Source: Leptolyngbyaceae cyanobacterium
GTDB lineage: Bacteria > Cyanobacteriota > Cyanobacteriia > Phormidesmidales > Phormidesmidaceae
Assembly: GCA_965263355.1 (NCBI GenBank)
Contig: CBDHHL010000049.1
Location: 96,001 to 160,000 of the forward strand
Length of the DNA stretch: 64,000 nt
Reading direction: 5' to 3'
This document shows, piece after piece, positions 39,197 to 48,561 of the stretch; position 1 is the first letter of the stretch, and every line of letters begins with the position of its first letter. Under the pieces are notes generated by a model. That model ran no database searches, was not told the DNA's origin, and saw nothing but the letters and a program-made list of their open reading frames with translations. Position numbers and translations under genes: made by a program.

Positions 39197-39766
39197 AACG
39201 TGTGCACTCTACTAAACGGCTTTACATCCCAGTTACAGTGTGTACGTCAGCGTATCTTGGGCATTACCCCAAGCGTTGGCTTCTTACACAATCCCAATCC
39301 TTCATCTCATTTGGTTAGCACCTACTCTCGGTATCGACCTGAGCCGAGAGAGACATGAAGGGTTCCTACGTTCCGATATCCGATAATCGCTATACTTAGG
39401 GCTCCACTCTAGACCGGGTTTATTGAGGGTAGTTCTTGGTCACCGGGGTCATGCCAAGCTCATATCCTTAGCCTTTTGGCCGTGGTGTATCAGCCTGATT
39501 TCACCACTTCACGATAACGATCCGTTAACATGGATTCCTTGCGTACCCGTATATAGCTTGCTAGACGGGATTCCAGCTTAGGCTGCCAGTTACCGCCGTT
39601 TATTCCCGCTTCAGGCGTTGATGGCTAGTCGCGAACCTGGGGAATAGGCTGCCACTCCACTACCGGGAGGGAGGGACTTTCATCCTCATCGAGATATCAG
39701 TTATCAAGGTTCTATCCTTGTCTCCCATCCCCCAGACTGAGCTGGTTTCGGAAGAACGCATCACAC

Positions 39767-39796
39767 GCCCCGACTCGTGCGAAACTGGGCCACAAG
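39767..39796. repeat. Inner 30 bp of a Tn3-type terminal inverted repeat (outer 8 bp at 35831-35838)
   Basis: Joining the intron flanks gives the 38-mer GGCCTATGGCCCCGACTCGTGCGAAACTGGGCCACAAG, with CGAAA at positions 22-26 and a terminal AAG as in Tn3 IRs; it lies just downstream of tnpA. Confidence 0.65.
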
Positions 39797-39877
39797 GCTA
39801 AAATCCTTACCTAGAAAAGGTTACAGGGCTCAAAATCAAGCGGCCTCAGAAAAAGTACTAACTGACAGACATTCGGT

Positions 39878-40296
39878 TTATGAATCTGCCTGGTTTTCGA
39901 CATCAAGCCCCGTCATGAAGGGCAAGTCATAAAAGATAGGTGGAGGCTGCCGATTGACATCCAGATTGTATTGTTCCAACCGGATAACATGCTTGGTAAT
40001 GTAGGGATTTAACCCAGGGATTGCCTCTGGATCGATCTGATATCCCTCTTGTGTCAACTCATGGAGGATTCGACTCATCTCAAATACGTTGTAGAGAATC
40101 AAACAGTTGGCAACAAGATGATTATACTTGATGAGCTTCCGCTGTTCCTCACGATTGTTGGTTCTTAAAATTCCTTCACCCCCAAAGGCAAGCCATTGAA
40201 CAAAGGCATGAACGACTCGCTTTTGTTCGTGGCTCCTTGAATGGTAGAGCGCAGCTTGACGTCATGGATATACTGCATCAGAAAGCCCATTCTGAC
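39878..40296 (-). pseudogene. tnpA: Tn3-family transposase C-terminal fragment (frameshifted, truncated by IS66)
   Basis: VRMGFLMQYIHDVKLRSTIQGATNKSESF, then a 1-nt frameshift, then AFVQWLAFGGEG..EEQRKLIKYNHLVANCLILYN..LNPYITKH. Confidence 0.85.
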
Positions 40297-41950
40297 GTAG
40301 CTGTCTATTTCTCCGTCAGGAGAGATGCTGAGAGGCAGTATAATAAAGAAGCCCCCAACCCCGATAATTTATTGGATTCAAGGTTAGCGTTAGATGCCTT
40401 CAGATGCTCTGACCCTACTCATCACTCAGCTCGGACTACGTCTCGAAGAACAAGGACGTCAGCTTCAGTGTCAGGCAGAGCAGCTCGAAGAGCAACGCAC
40501 TCAAATTAAGGAGCAAGCAGACCGGATAAAGGAGTTAGAGACTGAGAATAGTCGTTTGAAAGACCTTTTGAAGCAGCAAGGGGATTCCAAGGGGTCAAAA
40601 GCCCCGAAATTCAACGAGAACTATAGTGTCGATACGCATCAGGGTAATAAAAAAAGCAAACGATGACGTCAAGCGACAGGACGACGTTCTCATCAAAGCA
40701 AGTTATCGTTAATCGATGTTTACCAGGACGTGTATGAGCCAGGGGTGGATGCATCAGAGTGCATCGAACGGGGTCACCAGTATGTGTGGCGAATTATTGA
40801 TGGGAAGGCGACCTATGTGTGCTATCGGTTATTTGCTCGTCCGCAGACTCAGGAGTTACCAACCATTACCGGAGTTCGCAATCGCCTGAGTGAATACGGT
40901 ATCGAGATTATTGTGACAGTGGCGTTCTTGCACTATTGGGTGGGGATATCGTTGGATAATAGCTGTGGAGTGATTGGCTTCTTTACCGGATTAGTGTTGT
41001 CCAAGTCGCAAGCCAATTCCTTGCTTGAGCAATTGAGTCGTGACTGGCAAGCCCAATACGATACGATAGCGGAGTTACTGGCCCATCAATTGGTGCTCTA
41101 CATTGACGAGACCGGGTGGAAAGTGGGCAATGGGAGTTGTTACACTTGGGTGTTTTCAACGACAATGCATGTGTTGTTCCGATGTGGTGTAAGTCGGGGC
41201 AAAGCAGAAGCTCAGGCCGTGGTCGGAGAGCAGTTTTCTGGCATTGGGGTGAGTGATGATTATGGAGTGTACCAATCGTTATTCACCGAACACCAATTGT
41301 GTTGGGCACATCTACTGCGTAAAACAATTAAGTTGATGCTTCAGCATCCAGAGCAGACCGCATACAAGCCCTTTTTGGACAGTCTTTATCGAATTTATCA
41401 ACAGGCCGTTCGTTGGCAAAAGGACCAACGCTTAAGCTCAGGACGTGCCGACAAAGTTAAGCAGTTACAACACCGTATTCGCAAATTATGTTGTGAGGCA
41501 GGTACTCCCATTGACAAGGAGACGATGGACACTGATCAGCAGACTTTTATTCGGTTACAAAATGAATTGATCAATGGACTTGAGTCCTTATTTGTATTTG
41601 TGATTCATCCGGACGTGGAATCCACCAACAATCGTAGTGAACGGAATATCCGACGGGAGGCTGAAGTCAGAAAAGGGGGACGGACCAGTAAAACCCCACA
41701 AGGGGCAAAACGTCGAGGTATTATTATGACGGTATTAGCTACCTTGAATACTCGATTCGAGCACTTTACCCTCAACCTCCTGTTAACTGAAATTAACCGA
41801 TGGATAGAGGACGGACAATCTCTGTTTCAGTCTGAATTGGATAATATCTATCAGGCTCAGCCTCCACCCATTGCTTAATCTCTTAAACCAACGCTAATTA
41901 CCTTGGTCTCTCTGTAGAGGCAACAGTTAGTGGTTTAAATAGACACTTAC
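40297..41950 (+). mobile_element. IS66-family insertion sequence (single-ORF, ISBst12-like)
   Basis: Terminal IRs GTAGCTGTCTATTT (40297-40310) and AAATAGACACTTAC (41937-41950); no target-site duplication seen. Confidence 0.85.
40394..41878 (+). pseudogene. IS66 transposase with one in-frame TGA at 40664-40666
   Basis: N-terminal coiled coil; DETGW, SDDYGVY, QLCWAHLLR and TNNRSERNIR motifs; the 40394 and 40730 ORFs are in the same frame. Confidence 0.88.
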
Positions 41951-42044
41951 GTTTGATAGGGTGTTCCTGGGGAGATTTCACTTAGAGCAGCGAGGAGACT
42001 TTTTTGAGGCGTAAGGAATATAGCTGCATTGAAGCTAGAAAGGC

Positions 42045-43184
42045 TCATGTGTAATGTGAAAACTCTACTTCCGCTAGGGCTTCATCGGGCAACACATAGG
42101 AATTTTTGAGAAATTCATTTTCTTCGATAAACAGTTCAGGGAAGCGGATATTAGGGAGCACTTGAACCGCAAAAATTTCTTGTACCGCGTCCTCAAATTT
42201 TAAAAATGCTACTATTTCTTGAGTTTCAAGGTTAATTACCCATACTCCGCAGGTTCGTTCGGTTAGCCGCTCGGTCAGAGGCAACCCGCTAAATATTGCT
42301 GATTCTCTCACTTGGGATAGACCGATAAAGGCCAAAGGACCGAAGAAATCCAGACCTCGGGTAAATCCTGGTAGTTGGATAAAGGCCAAAGGACCGAAGA
42401 AATCCAGACCTCGGGTAAATCCTGGTAGTTGGATTATGGGTTTAACTTTTCTGGTAGCGACATTCACCTTTGCTAGGGTACCTTCTCCGGACTCTAGTAC
42501 CCATAGCTGATCGCGATACCATCGTGGGGAATGGGGCATCGATAACCCTTTGATGAGAATTTCATTAGTGGTGACATCCATCAAGATGCCACCACTAGCT
42601 TTTTGCTCTCGCCAGCCGCCAACTGTATTTGTTGTACCCAAAGCGGTCACGTATTTGGGCATACCGTCTATCAGTTCCAGCCCGTTGAGATGACAGCGGT
42701 CTTCAGGAGCATAGGCGCTGACAAAGGGAGGCCGCCAGCGGGGTACAAAACTATGATCGAGATCCTGCGTACACAGGCATGAAAATCGCGTATTGACAAA
42801 CCACAGACCGTCATCTCCCCAGGCCATTTCATGGATATCAATATCTCCTGTGACATGAATGTTACGAGGTAAAAAGCAGGCATCGTGCTTACCAAAAGGC
42901 TCAAGCTTGGCAGCGGCGGCAGGTACATTACGCAATTCCCAGATATAGGCACTGGTGCCAATGGCCATGCGTCCGGTGTGATCGGTGGCCAATCCCATGG
43001 GTTTTTGAAAGATCCGAAAATGGGTATTCAGCGTATTCCCATCGGCACGAATCAAGACGACTTTGCCAGCCTGATATGTCGAAACAACAAGGGATATTCC
43101 CAGGTGATTAAGTAAGGCTGGAAAATTATTAGTGTGGATGCTTCGTAGAGAGGCTTGTCCACTAGGGGCATCAAAATTTGTCAA
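42045..43184 (-). CDS. TIGR03032/DUF4915 family protein
   Basis: STYQAGK, TGDIDIHE, VNTRFSCL, EDRCHLNG, MPHSPRW and LPGFTRGL motifs. Confidence 0.85.
   Translation of the reverse strand: MTNFDAPSGQASLRSIHTNNFPALLNHLGISLVVSTYQAGKVVLIRADGNTLNTHFRIFQKPMGLATDHTGRMAIGTSAYIWELRNVPAAAAKLEPFGKHDACFLPRNIHVTGDIDIHEMAWGDDGLWFVNTRFSCLCTQDLDHSFVPRWRPPFVSAYAPEDRCHLNGLELIDGMPKYVTALGTTNTVGGWREQKASGGILMDVTTNEILIKGLSMPHSPRWYRDQLWVLESGEGTLAKVNVATRKVKPIIQLPGFTRGLDFFGPLAFIQLPGFTRGLDFFGPLAFIGLSQVRESAIFSGLPLTERLTERTCGVWVINLETQEIVAFLKFEDAVQEIFAVQVLPNIRFPELFIEENEFLKNSYVLPDEALAEVEFSHYT
42324..42434. repeat. Exact 54-bp in-frame tandem duplication (IQLPGFTRGLDFFGPLAF twice)
   Basis: Units start at 42324 and 42378; GAT microhomology at the junctions. 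Confidence 0.92.
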
Positions 43185-43253
43185 TGGATATCTTCAATAA
43201 TTGAATAGTATCAATTGAATCAGTTTAACCATTTTTACGAGAGAATTAGCTCT

Positions 43254-44165
43254 TTAATGTGAAATTTTGGTTCCCAGCTGATTGCCAGCCTGAACCTGAA
43301 CCTCTAGGTGCTGTTGTGAGTCTTGAATTAAGTCTTCATCAAAAATGATTGCACCAGGCTCAAAAAGTAGCACTATCGTAGAACCCCCATATTGGAAATA
43401 GCCCTTCTCTTGACCCCTATCAACTATGCCGGGAGTATAGGTTTGAATAATACTGGCCACTGTAGTTGCTCCTATTTCAACATACGTAATTCGCCCAAAG
43501 TTTTGGGAGTAGAATTCGGTTACGGCTCGTTTATTTTGATACAAAATTCCAGGGACTCTGGACAAGGCGATGGGGTTAACTGAGTGATATGTTCCTCTAA
43601 TATATCGTGCACGATTCGCCTTTCCTTGATCGGGAAAATGAAAGCGATGGTAATCGCGGGGAGCCAGACGAAGAATCAGTGCGCTTCCGTCTTGATATGT
43701 CTGGGCCGCACTTTCAGAAGCTAACAGGGCCTCCACGGTGATTGCGGACCCCTTAACAGGGATTTGGGTTTGTTTGGTTAGTTTAGGGTAAACTAAAACC
43801 TTTCCATCGCCAGGGGAACAAAATATGTCTGCGTTCTTGATAAAAGGACGAGCATGGGATTTTAAATGACGTGAGAAAAAGGCATTAAAGTTCTGATAAT
43901 ATTCTAGGGGAAATTCGACTTCCTCAAGATTGATAGAGTATTCTTTGACAAACTCGAAAATTTTGCGACGACTGCTGGGTAGATCTTGTAATTTACCAAA
44001 AAGCCAACAGAAAGCTTGATTATTAAGAAAACAATTAAAAACTGTGAAACCTAGAGTGTCTTCATATAACCAGCGCAATAGATCTTCCGCAAAGATTTTT
44101 TCAGCCGTAATCTTCCCAGTTAGGCGATCGCGATAGCAAATTTCAGTTTTTGTAGTTGTTTCCAT
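43254..44165 (-). CDS. psd: Phosphatidylserine decarboxylase proenzyme
   Basis: FNAFFSR, SPGDG, RLAPRDYHRFHFP, SVNP and the GGST self-cleavage motif. Start chosen at METTTK; ORF track extends to 44192. Confidence 0.9.
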   Translation of the reverse strand: METTTKTEICYRDRLTGKITAEKIFAEDLLRWLYEDTLGFTVFNCFLNNQAFCWLFGKLQDLPSSRRKIFEFVKEYSINLEEVEFPLEYYQNFNAFFSRHLKSHARPFIKNADIFCSPGDGKVLVYPKLTKQTQIPVKGSAITVEALLASESAAQTYQDGSALILRLAPRDYHRFHFPDQGKANRARYIRGTYHSVNPIALSRVPGILYQNKRAVTEFYSQNFGRITYVEIGATTVASIIQTYTPGIVDRGQEKGYFQYGGSTIVLLFEPGAIIFDEDLIQDSQQHLEVQVQAGNQLGTKISH

Positions 44166-44170
44166 TTCTG

Positions 44171-44809
44171 TCAACCTAAAGCGATTACCCAACTATAGAA
44201 TCCTGTCAGTACAATTGCGCCTGACGCAAACACGCCATACCAAACACCTCGAATTTTAATCATTTTGAAGTTGCTTACCATAGCGATCGCAAGCATTAAA
44301 TAGACGCCATCTAGAACCCATTTCATCATCGAGTCAGATAACATAAAACTGGCTGTAAACGTAAGCGGAATAAACAGAGCTGCATAGGTAACAGGTAAAC
44401 CAGTAAAGTATTCTTCGTTTGTCTCACTAATGAGTCCCACGCTGTTAAAGTACGACAACCGTAAAGCATTTACTGAGACATAGAACATCAGCATCGAAAC
44501 AGACAAAAAATCCTGTAATCCGAAACAATAAGCGAAAATAACCGGAGCAAACCCGAAAGAACAAACATCCACAATGCTGTCAAGTTGCTTGCCAATTTCA
44601 GATTGGAGGTGAGTCCGCTCCATTTTTCTAGCAACTACACCATCTAACATATCAGTCAATCCTGCATACATCATGCAGATAATAGCGATGTAGAAATGCT
44701 CTTGAATAGCCAAAATAGCTGATGCTGAGCTAAATATCAATCCAGCTAAAGTTAAAAGGTTTGGCAGATCAAGTTGTTGCAGGATTGGATTTTTCATAGT
44801 TTCTATCAC
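44171..44809 (-). CDS. pssA: CDP-alcohol phosphatidyltransferase, PssA-like
   Basis: DMLDGVVAR...GKQLDSIVD signature; PNLLT, SFGFAP, LRLSYFN and FTGLP; adjacent to psd. Confidence 0.75.
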   Translation of the reverse strand: MIETMKNPILQQLDLPNLLTLAGLIFSSASAILAIQEHFYIAIICMMYAGLTDMLDGVVARKMERTHLQSEIGKQLDSIVDVCSFGFAPVIFAYCFGLQDFLSVSMLMFYVSVNALRLSYFNSVGLISETNEEYFTGLPVTYAALFIPLTFTASFMLSDSMMKWVLDGVYLMLAIAMVSNFKMIKIRGVWYGVFASGAIVLTGFYSWVIALG

Positions 44810-44864
44810 GCTAAATTTTACTGAAATAATTTCTCGAAAACAAAATCTTGTCTTGAAATCACTA

Positions 44865-45752
44865 TCAAAAAATAGGAAACCCGTGATTTATAAGAATATA
44901 GAAAAATGGTGCGGCGAATAAAATACTGTCAAATCGATCCAAGATTCCACCATGCCCAGGTAAAACCTCACTAAAGTCTTTGATTTCCAGCTTTCTTTTG
45001 AGTGAAGAAAACAATAAATCCCCCAAATTCCCAACTATCCATATAACGAGCAATAGGATAGCGTCTTGCAATAGATTGGTATGCAGGACAGGGATAAATG
45101 TATGTAGTAAGATGATTGCTAGAATAAGCCCTATACCTGCAAAAAGATATCCCTCTAATGTCTTGCCAGGACTGATCTCTGGGAATAGGTATGTCTTGCC
45201 GAATTTTTTCCCAAAAATATACCCAATATTGTCGTTAAACTGTATTAAAAAAAGAATAGCTAGTAATGAGCCTGGACTAATTTTTATGAGATTCGCTAAA
45301 AATGTTGAGCTAAGAACTAAAACAAATAAAGAAAATGCTAACAGGTAGCGTGGTTTTTGAATCAGCTCTTGTTGACTGTTGAAGGTTATAAAGCCCATTA
45401 AAATAAAACCAGGTGTCGCAAGCTCAATAAATTGGCTTTGAGTATAAAGACCAGTTACGAATACGATTAAAGTAACAACCCCTAAAAATATCTTATTAAT
45501 TGGATACTGCTGGCTTAATTCATAAATGCCGAGCATCAAAACACATCCGACAAAAATATTCCAACCCAATACCCCTTGGTAGATAGCCAGGAGGATTAAA
45601 TGTAACAAAATTGAAAGGCTGAATGCTCTCATGATTACCTCTTTATTTCCTTGAATGATGGAAACGATCAGAAAAGATAAATAACAAATCAATCCAACGA
45701 GATAAAAATGCAAGAGGTTTTGAGTGTCCATAACAATCTTGATAGGTTTCAC
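44865..45752 (-). CDS. cdsA: Phosphatidate cytidylyltransferase (CDP-DAG synthase) family protein
   Basis: ISPGKTLEG and KDFSEVLPGHGGILDRFDS; polytopic membrane protein. Confidence 0.85.
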   Translation of the reverse strand: MKPIKIVMDTQNLLHFYLVGLICYLSFLIVSIIQGNKEVIMRAFSLSILLHLILLAIYQGVLGWNIFVGCVLMLGIYELSQQYPINKIFLGVVTLIVFVTGLYTQSQFIELATPGFILMGFITFNSQQELIQKPRYLLAFSLFVLVLSSTFLANLIKISPGSLLAILFLIQFNDNIGYIFGKKFGKTYLFPEISPGKTLEGYLFAGIGLILAIILLHTFIPVLHTNLLQDAILLLVIWIVGNLGDLLFSSLKRKLEIKDFSEVLPGHGGILDRFDSILFAAPFFYILINHGFPIF

Positions 45753-45791
45753 ACAAGGGTTTCTTGTGTTTAGGGTGCCGGGATATAGAGG

Positions 45792-46718
45792 CTATTGAGT
45801 CGTGCAGTGATAGCTGCCCGACCAGTCATAGAGAGAATTGAGTGACAACAACGAACGATCTCTCTGTTGAAATGTTTTTCCTTTTAGTAGCTCAGCCAAT
45901 ACTAAAATGGGATAGGTATGGCTAGATTTGAGAGCCATGATGCCGCTTGCGCCGGGTTGCTTGCTGTTAAGCCAATCGTTAAGAAAAATGTCGACATCGC
46001 CTATCATCTCACTGTAGCCAAAAATGGTGGTTGAATGGAACGCAATTACATGTTCTGCATCGCCGTCATCTAACCGTTGACACTTGCTTGTATCTTTGAA
46101 TAATGGGCCAGCTGGCTCTAGGGCAATAATGGTGTTGATTGCACTGCCTGTTTGTTCTGCATAGCTAGCACCTGCATTACCTAAGATATGGGCACCAAGA
46201 CTATGGCCAATCAAGATGATTTTTGATGAGTGAACTCCTAAATCAGCCAGAAAATTTCCGAGCAAAGCCCCCACTTTCAGAGTGTTTTTCTTCACAAATG
46301 TGTAATTGAGATGATTGGCATATTCTGTCCAATCAACAAAAATTACATTGGCATTAGGGATATGGTGTTTAATTGCAATCAATAGATCTTGAAAGTCGCC
46401 ATCTCTTGCTCCACCGCTGCACCAACCATGGGTTACAACATAGGTTGTCCGATTGACATCAAAACTGGTATTTTGCCACAGATAATATGTAACTCCGTTC
46501 TTTTTCTCTAAAAGAGCGCACTGACTTAAATCTCTTAAGCCAAAGAAGCTATCGTATTTTTGCCTGACTTTCTGGTCAACCGGGTGAATGATCTCATCTT
46601 TAATCCAATTTTGTATATTGCTAACGCTATAAAATAATTGTCGATATATTTTCTGAGTAAAAGAAGCTGAGCTATTTGGTGGTTGATTTGTATAATTCAA
46701 GTTCGAAATATTGATCAT
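45792..46718 (-). CDS. Lipase, pancreatic-lipase-like alpha/beta hydrolase
   Basis: THGW, VDW, GHSLGAH nucleophile elbow, LEPAGP (Glu where Asp is usual), DAEHVIAFHS. Confidence 0.8.
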   Translation of the reverse strand: MINISNLNYTNQPPNSSASFTQKIYRQLFYSVSNIQNWIKDEIIHPVDQKVRQKYDSFFGLRDLSQCALLEKKNGVTYYLWQNTSFDVNRTTYVVTHGWCSGGARDGDFQDLLIAIKHHIPNANVIFVDWTEYANHLNYTFVKKNTLKVGALLGNFLADLGVHSSKIILIGHSLGAHILGNAGASYAEQTGSAINTIIALEPAGPLFKDTSKCQRLDDGDAEHVIAFHSTTIFGYSEMIGDVDIFLNDWLNSKQPGASGIMALKSSHTYPILVLAELLKGKTFQQRDRSLLSLNSLYDWSGSYHCTTQ

Positions 46719-46804
46719 TAGTTGATTGTGTAAGTCATATAGAACCTATACACCTCGATATTGCCATTATCGTGAATCTTGAGGGCAGACAAAAGACTGA
46801 AAAG

Positions 46805-46832
46805 ATCAGTTTTTGTCAGGTAAATGTTCAGG
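46805..46832 (-). promoter_or_regulatory. CCTGAC-type direct-repeat operator (3 boxes) oriented toward the lipase operon
   Basis: Minus strand reads CCTGAA, CCTGAC, ACTGAT with 12- and 10-bp spacing. Confidence 0.5.
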
Positions 46833-46963
46833 TATTGCCTAAAAAAAGATTTATAATGATGCCGACCTCGGTAATTCGATTGCATGTAATAACCTAACTC
46901 GTTGCAAAATCAGGCTAACTTCAACCCCTGATCCACATGTAACTTTTAGAACCTTCACAGTGA

Positions 46964-48151
46964 GTGCAGTTTATGACTCGTGAATTAATACCGTTTTATC
47001 CACCCCAATCCAATCGTTGGATAACCTGGTTAATCCAGCACTTTGCCAAGCCAATCACTTACGCTCTTTATAAGTTTGATATTCGGGTGTCTCCAGCAGA
47101 TATCGTCAAGTTAAAAGCACTAGAGGAGAATCGGTTAGTCTACATCTGCAACCATCCATCTATGGAAGATGGACCAGCCATGTTCTGTTTATCCGCTCAG
47201 CTTGGCCAACAATTTAACTACATTGTGACATGGAACCTTTTCAGAGGGTTACAAGGTAAATTGCTTCAGGCATTAGGCTGTTATTCTATCCGTCGAGGTC
47301 TGGGCGATCGCGCAAGTATTATTCATACCTTAAATTTATTGAAATCACCTCGTTGTCGTCTGGCGATTTTTCCAGAGGGTGGCTGCACCTATCAAAACGA
47401 TAAAATAATTCCTTTCCTCTCAGGCGCAATCCAAATGCCATTAAAGGCGATGGATCAGTTAACCAAACGGGCGGATACTCAAGAAAATCATCTCAATCTG
47501 TATCTAGTGCCCGTCAGCTTAAGGTATAGCTATGTTCAGCCGCTAGAATCTATCATTGAGCGGAGCCTACAGGCTTTAGAAGCTGAATTGAATCTGCAAT
47601 TCTCTACCCATGCGTTTTATGACCGCTTGATTGCGATTGAAACACGCATACTTGAGCAGCTAGAAAGCGAATATAGCTTTGCAAGCGACAACCGACTTAC
47701 CCTGAACCAACGTATTGCTCGCCTGCGCCAACATGCTATGGCACAGTGCAAACAAAGACTTAGGCTTGACCTTCCCGATAATAGCTCCCTGCGTGAACGG
47801 GTTTACAAAATTCAAGCCATCTTGCAAGCAAAGTTACCGCAGACTCAAGATGATAAAGCTCTCTACTGGCAAACTGTTCGTTTGCTAAACTTTGATTCTA
47901 TCTATGATGATTATATTGACAAACACTCTTCCCTTGAGAGGTTTCTCGATACCCTGATGCGGCTGGAAAGTGAAACTTACAAAGCTGAGTATCTGAAGCC
48001 TAAAGCCTTTCGTCGAGCCAAAATCAGAATAGGAAACCCCATTAACCTTAAAGCTTATGTCGATGCCTATCGCGCTGATAAAACTGGCACAGTAGAGAAA
48101 CTCACTCAACAACTTCAAACAACGGTTCAGAATAATCTGTTGAACCTATGA
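46964..48151 (+). CDS. PlsC-like 1-acylglycerol-3-phosphate acyltransferase
   Basis: NHPSMED (HxxxxD), YSIRRG, IFPEG and VPVSLRY motifs. Confidence 0.88.
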   Translation: MQFMTRELIPFYPPQSNRWITWLIQHFAKPITYALYKFDIRVSPADIVKLKALEENRLVYICNHPSMEDGPAMFCLSAQLGQQFNYIVTWNLFRGLQGKLLQALGCYSIRRGLGDRASIIHTLNLLKSPRCRLAIFPEGGCTYQNDKIIPFLSGAIQMPLKAMDQLTKRADTQENHLNLYLVPVSLRYSYVQPLESIIERSLQALEAELNLQFSTHAFYDRLIAIETRILEQLESEYSFASDNRLTLNQRIARLRQHAMAQCKQRLRLDLPDNSSLRERVYKIQAILQAKLPQTQDDKALYWQTVRLLNFDSIYDDYIDKHSSLERFLDTLMRLESETYKAEYLKPKAFRRAKIRIGNPINLKAYVDAYRADKTGTVEKLTQQLQTTVQNNLLNL

Positions 48152-48248
48152 TGGAAGAATATTAAGAGCGAAAGTTGTTGCATCCACTACAAATTTTAGA
48201 GGCTCAAGGCTGCGATAGATTCTGGGTTCACTGTCTGAGCCTTGTTTA

Positions 48249-48286
48249 CCTGACAAAACCTGACTATTGACCAGACAAAACCTGAC
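48249..48286 (+). promoter_or_regulatory. CCTGAC direct-repeat operator (4 boxes)
   Basis: CCTGAC 48249, CCTGAC 48259, CCAGAC 48271, CCTGAC 48281 (10-12-10 spacing). Confidence 0.65.
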
Positions 48287-48561
48287 TGTTTATGTCTAGT
48301 TCCTGCTTAAAAGGATCACTACATTGGATTAAGCCTATAAGTCACTTAAGTTTAAATCACAGAGTAAGCAAACCAATTGGATGACAAATAATGAGAAACC
48401 AATAATATCACAGATTCTTTTAAGGGAGGAGAGTTGTGATATTCCCGAGGCCAGAGCCTCAAAAATCATTGGCAATAGCATCAGGCAAAAAGTGAGGGTC
48501 TGGATGTGGTCAAGGTGTATCACCTACTCAAAGGTATATTACCCGTTCAAAGAACCAAGAC

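Larger units (their letters stand above)
35839..39766 (-). mobile_element. Outer group II intron with an internally deleted ORF, interrupted by the inner intron (about 1509 nt without it)
   Basis: 5' GTGTG at 39766; DV GAGCCGTATGAGGTCGAAAGTCTCACGTACGGTTC at 38333-38299; DVI AAGCCGAGTCGGGGAGGCGACTCCCTGGCTTAGGTTAAC at 35877-35839; EBS1 and EBS2 candidates pair with the 5' flank. Confidence 0.85.
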
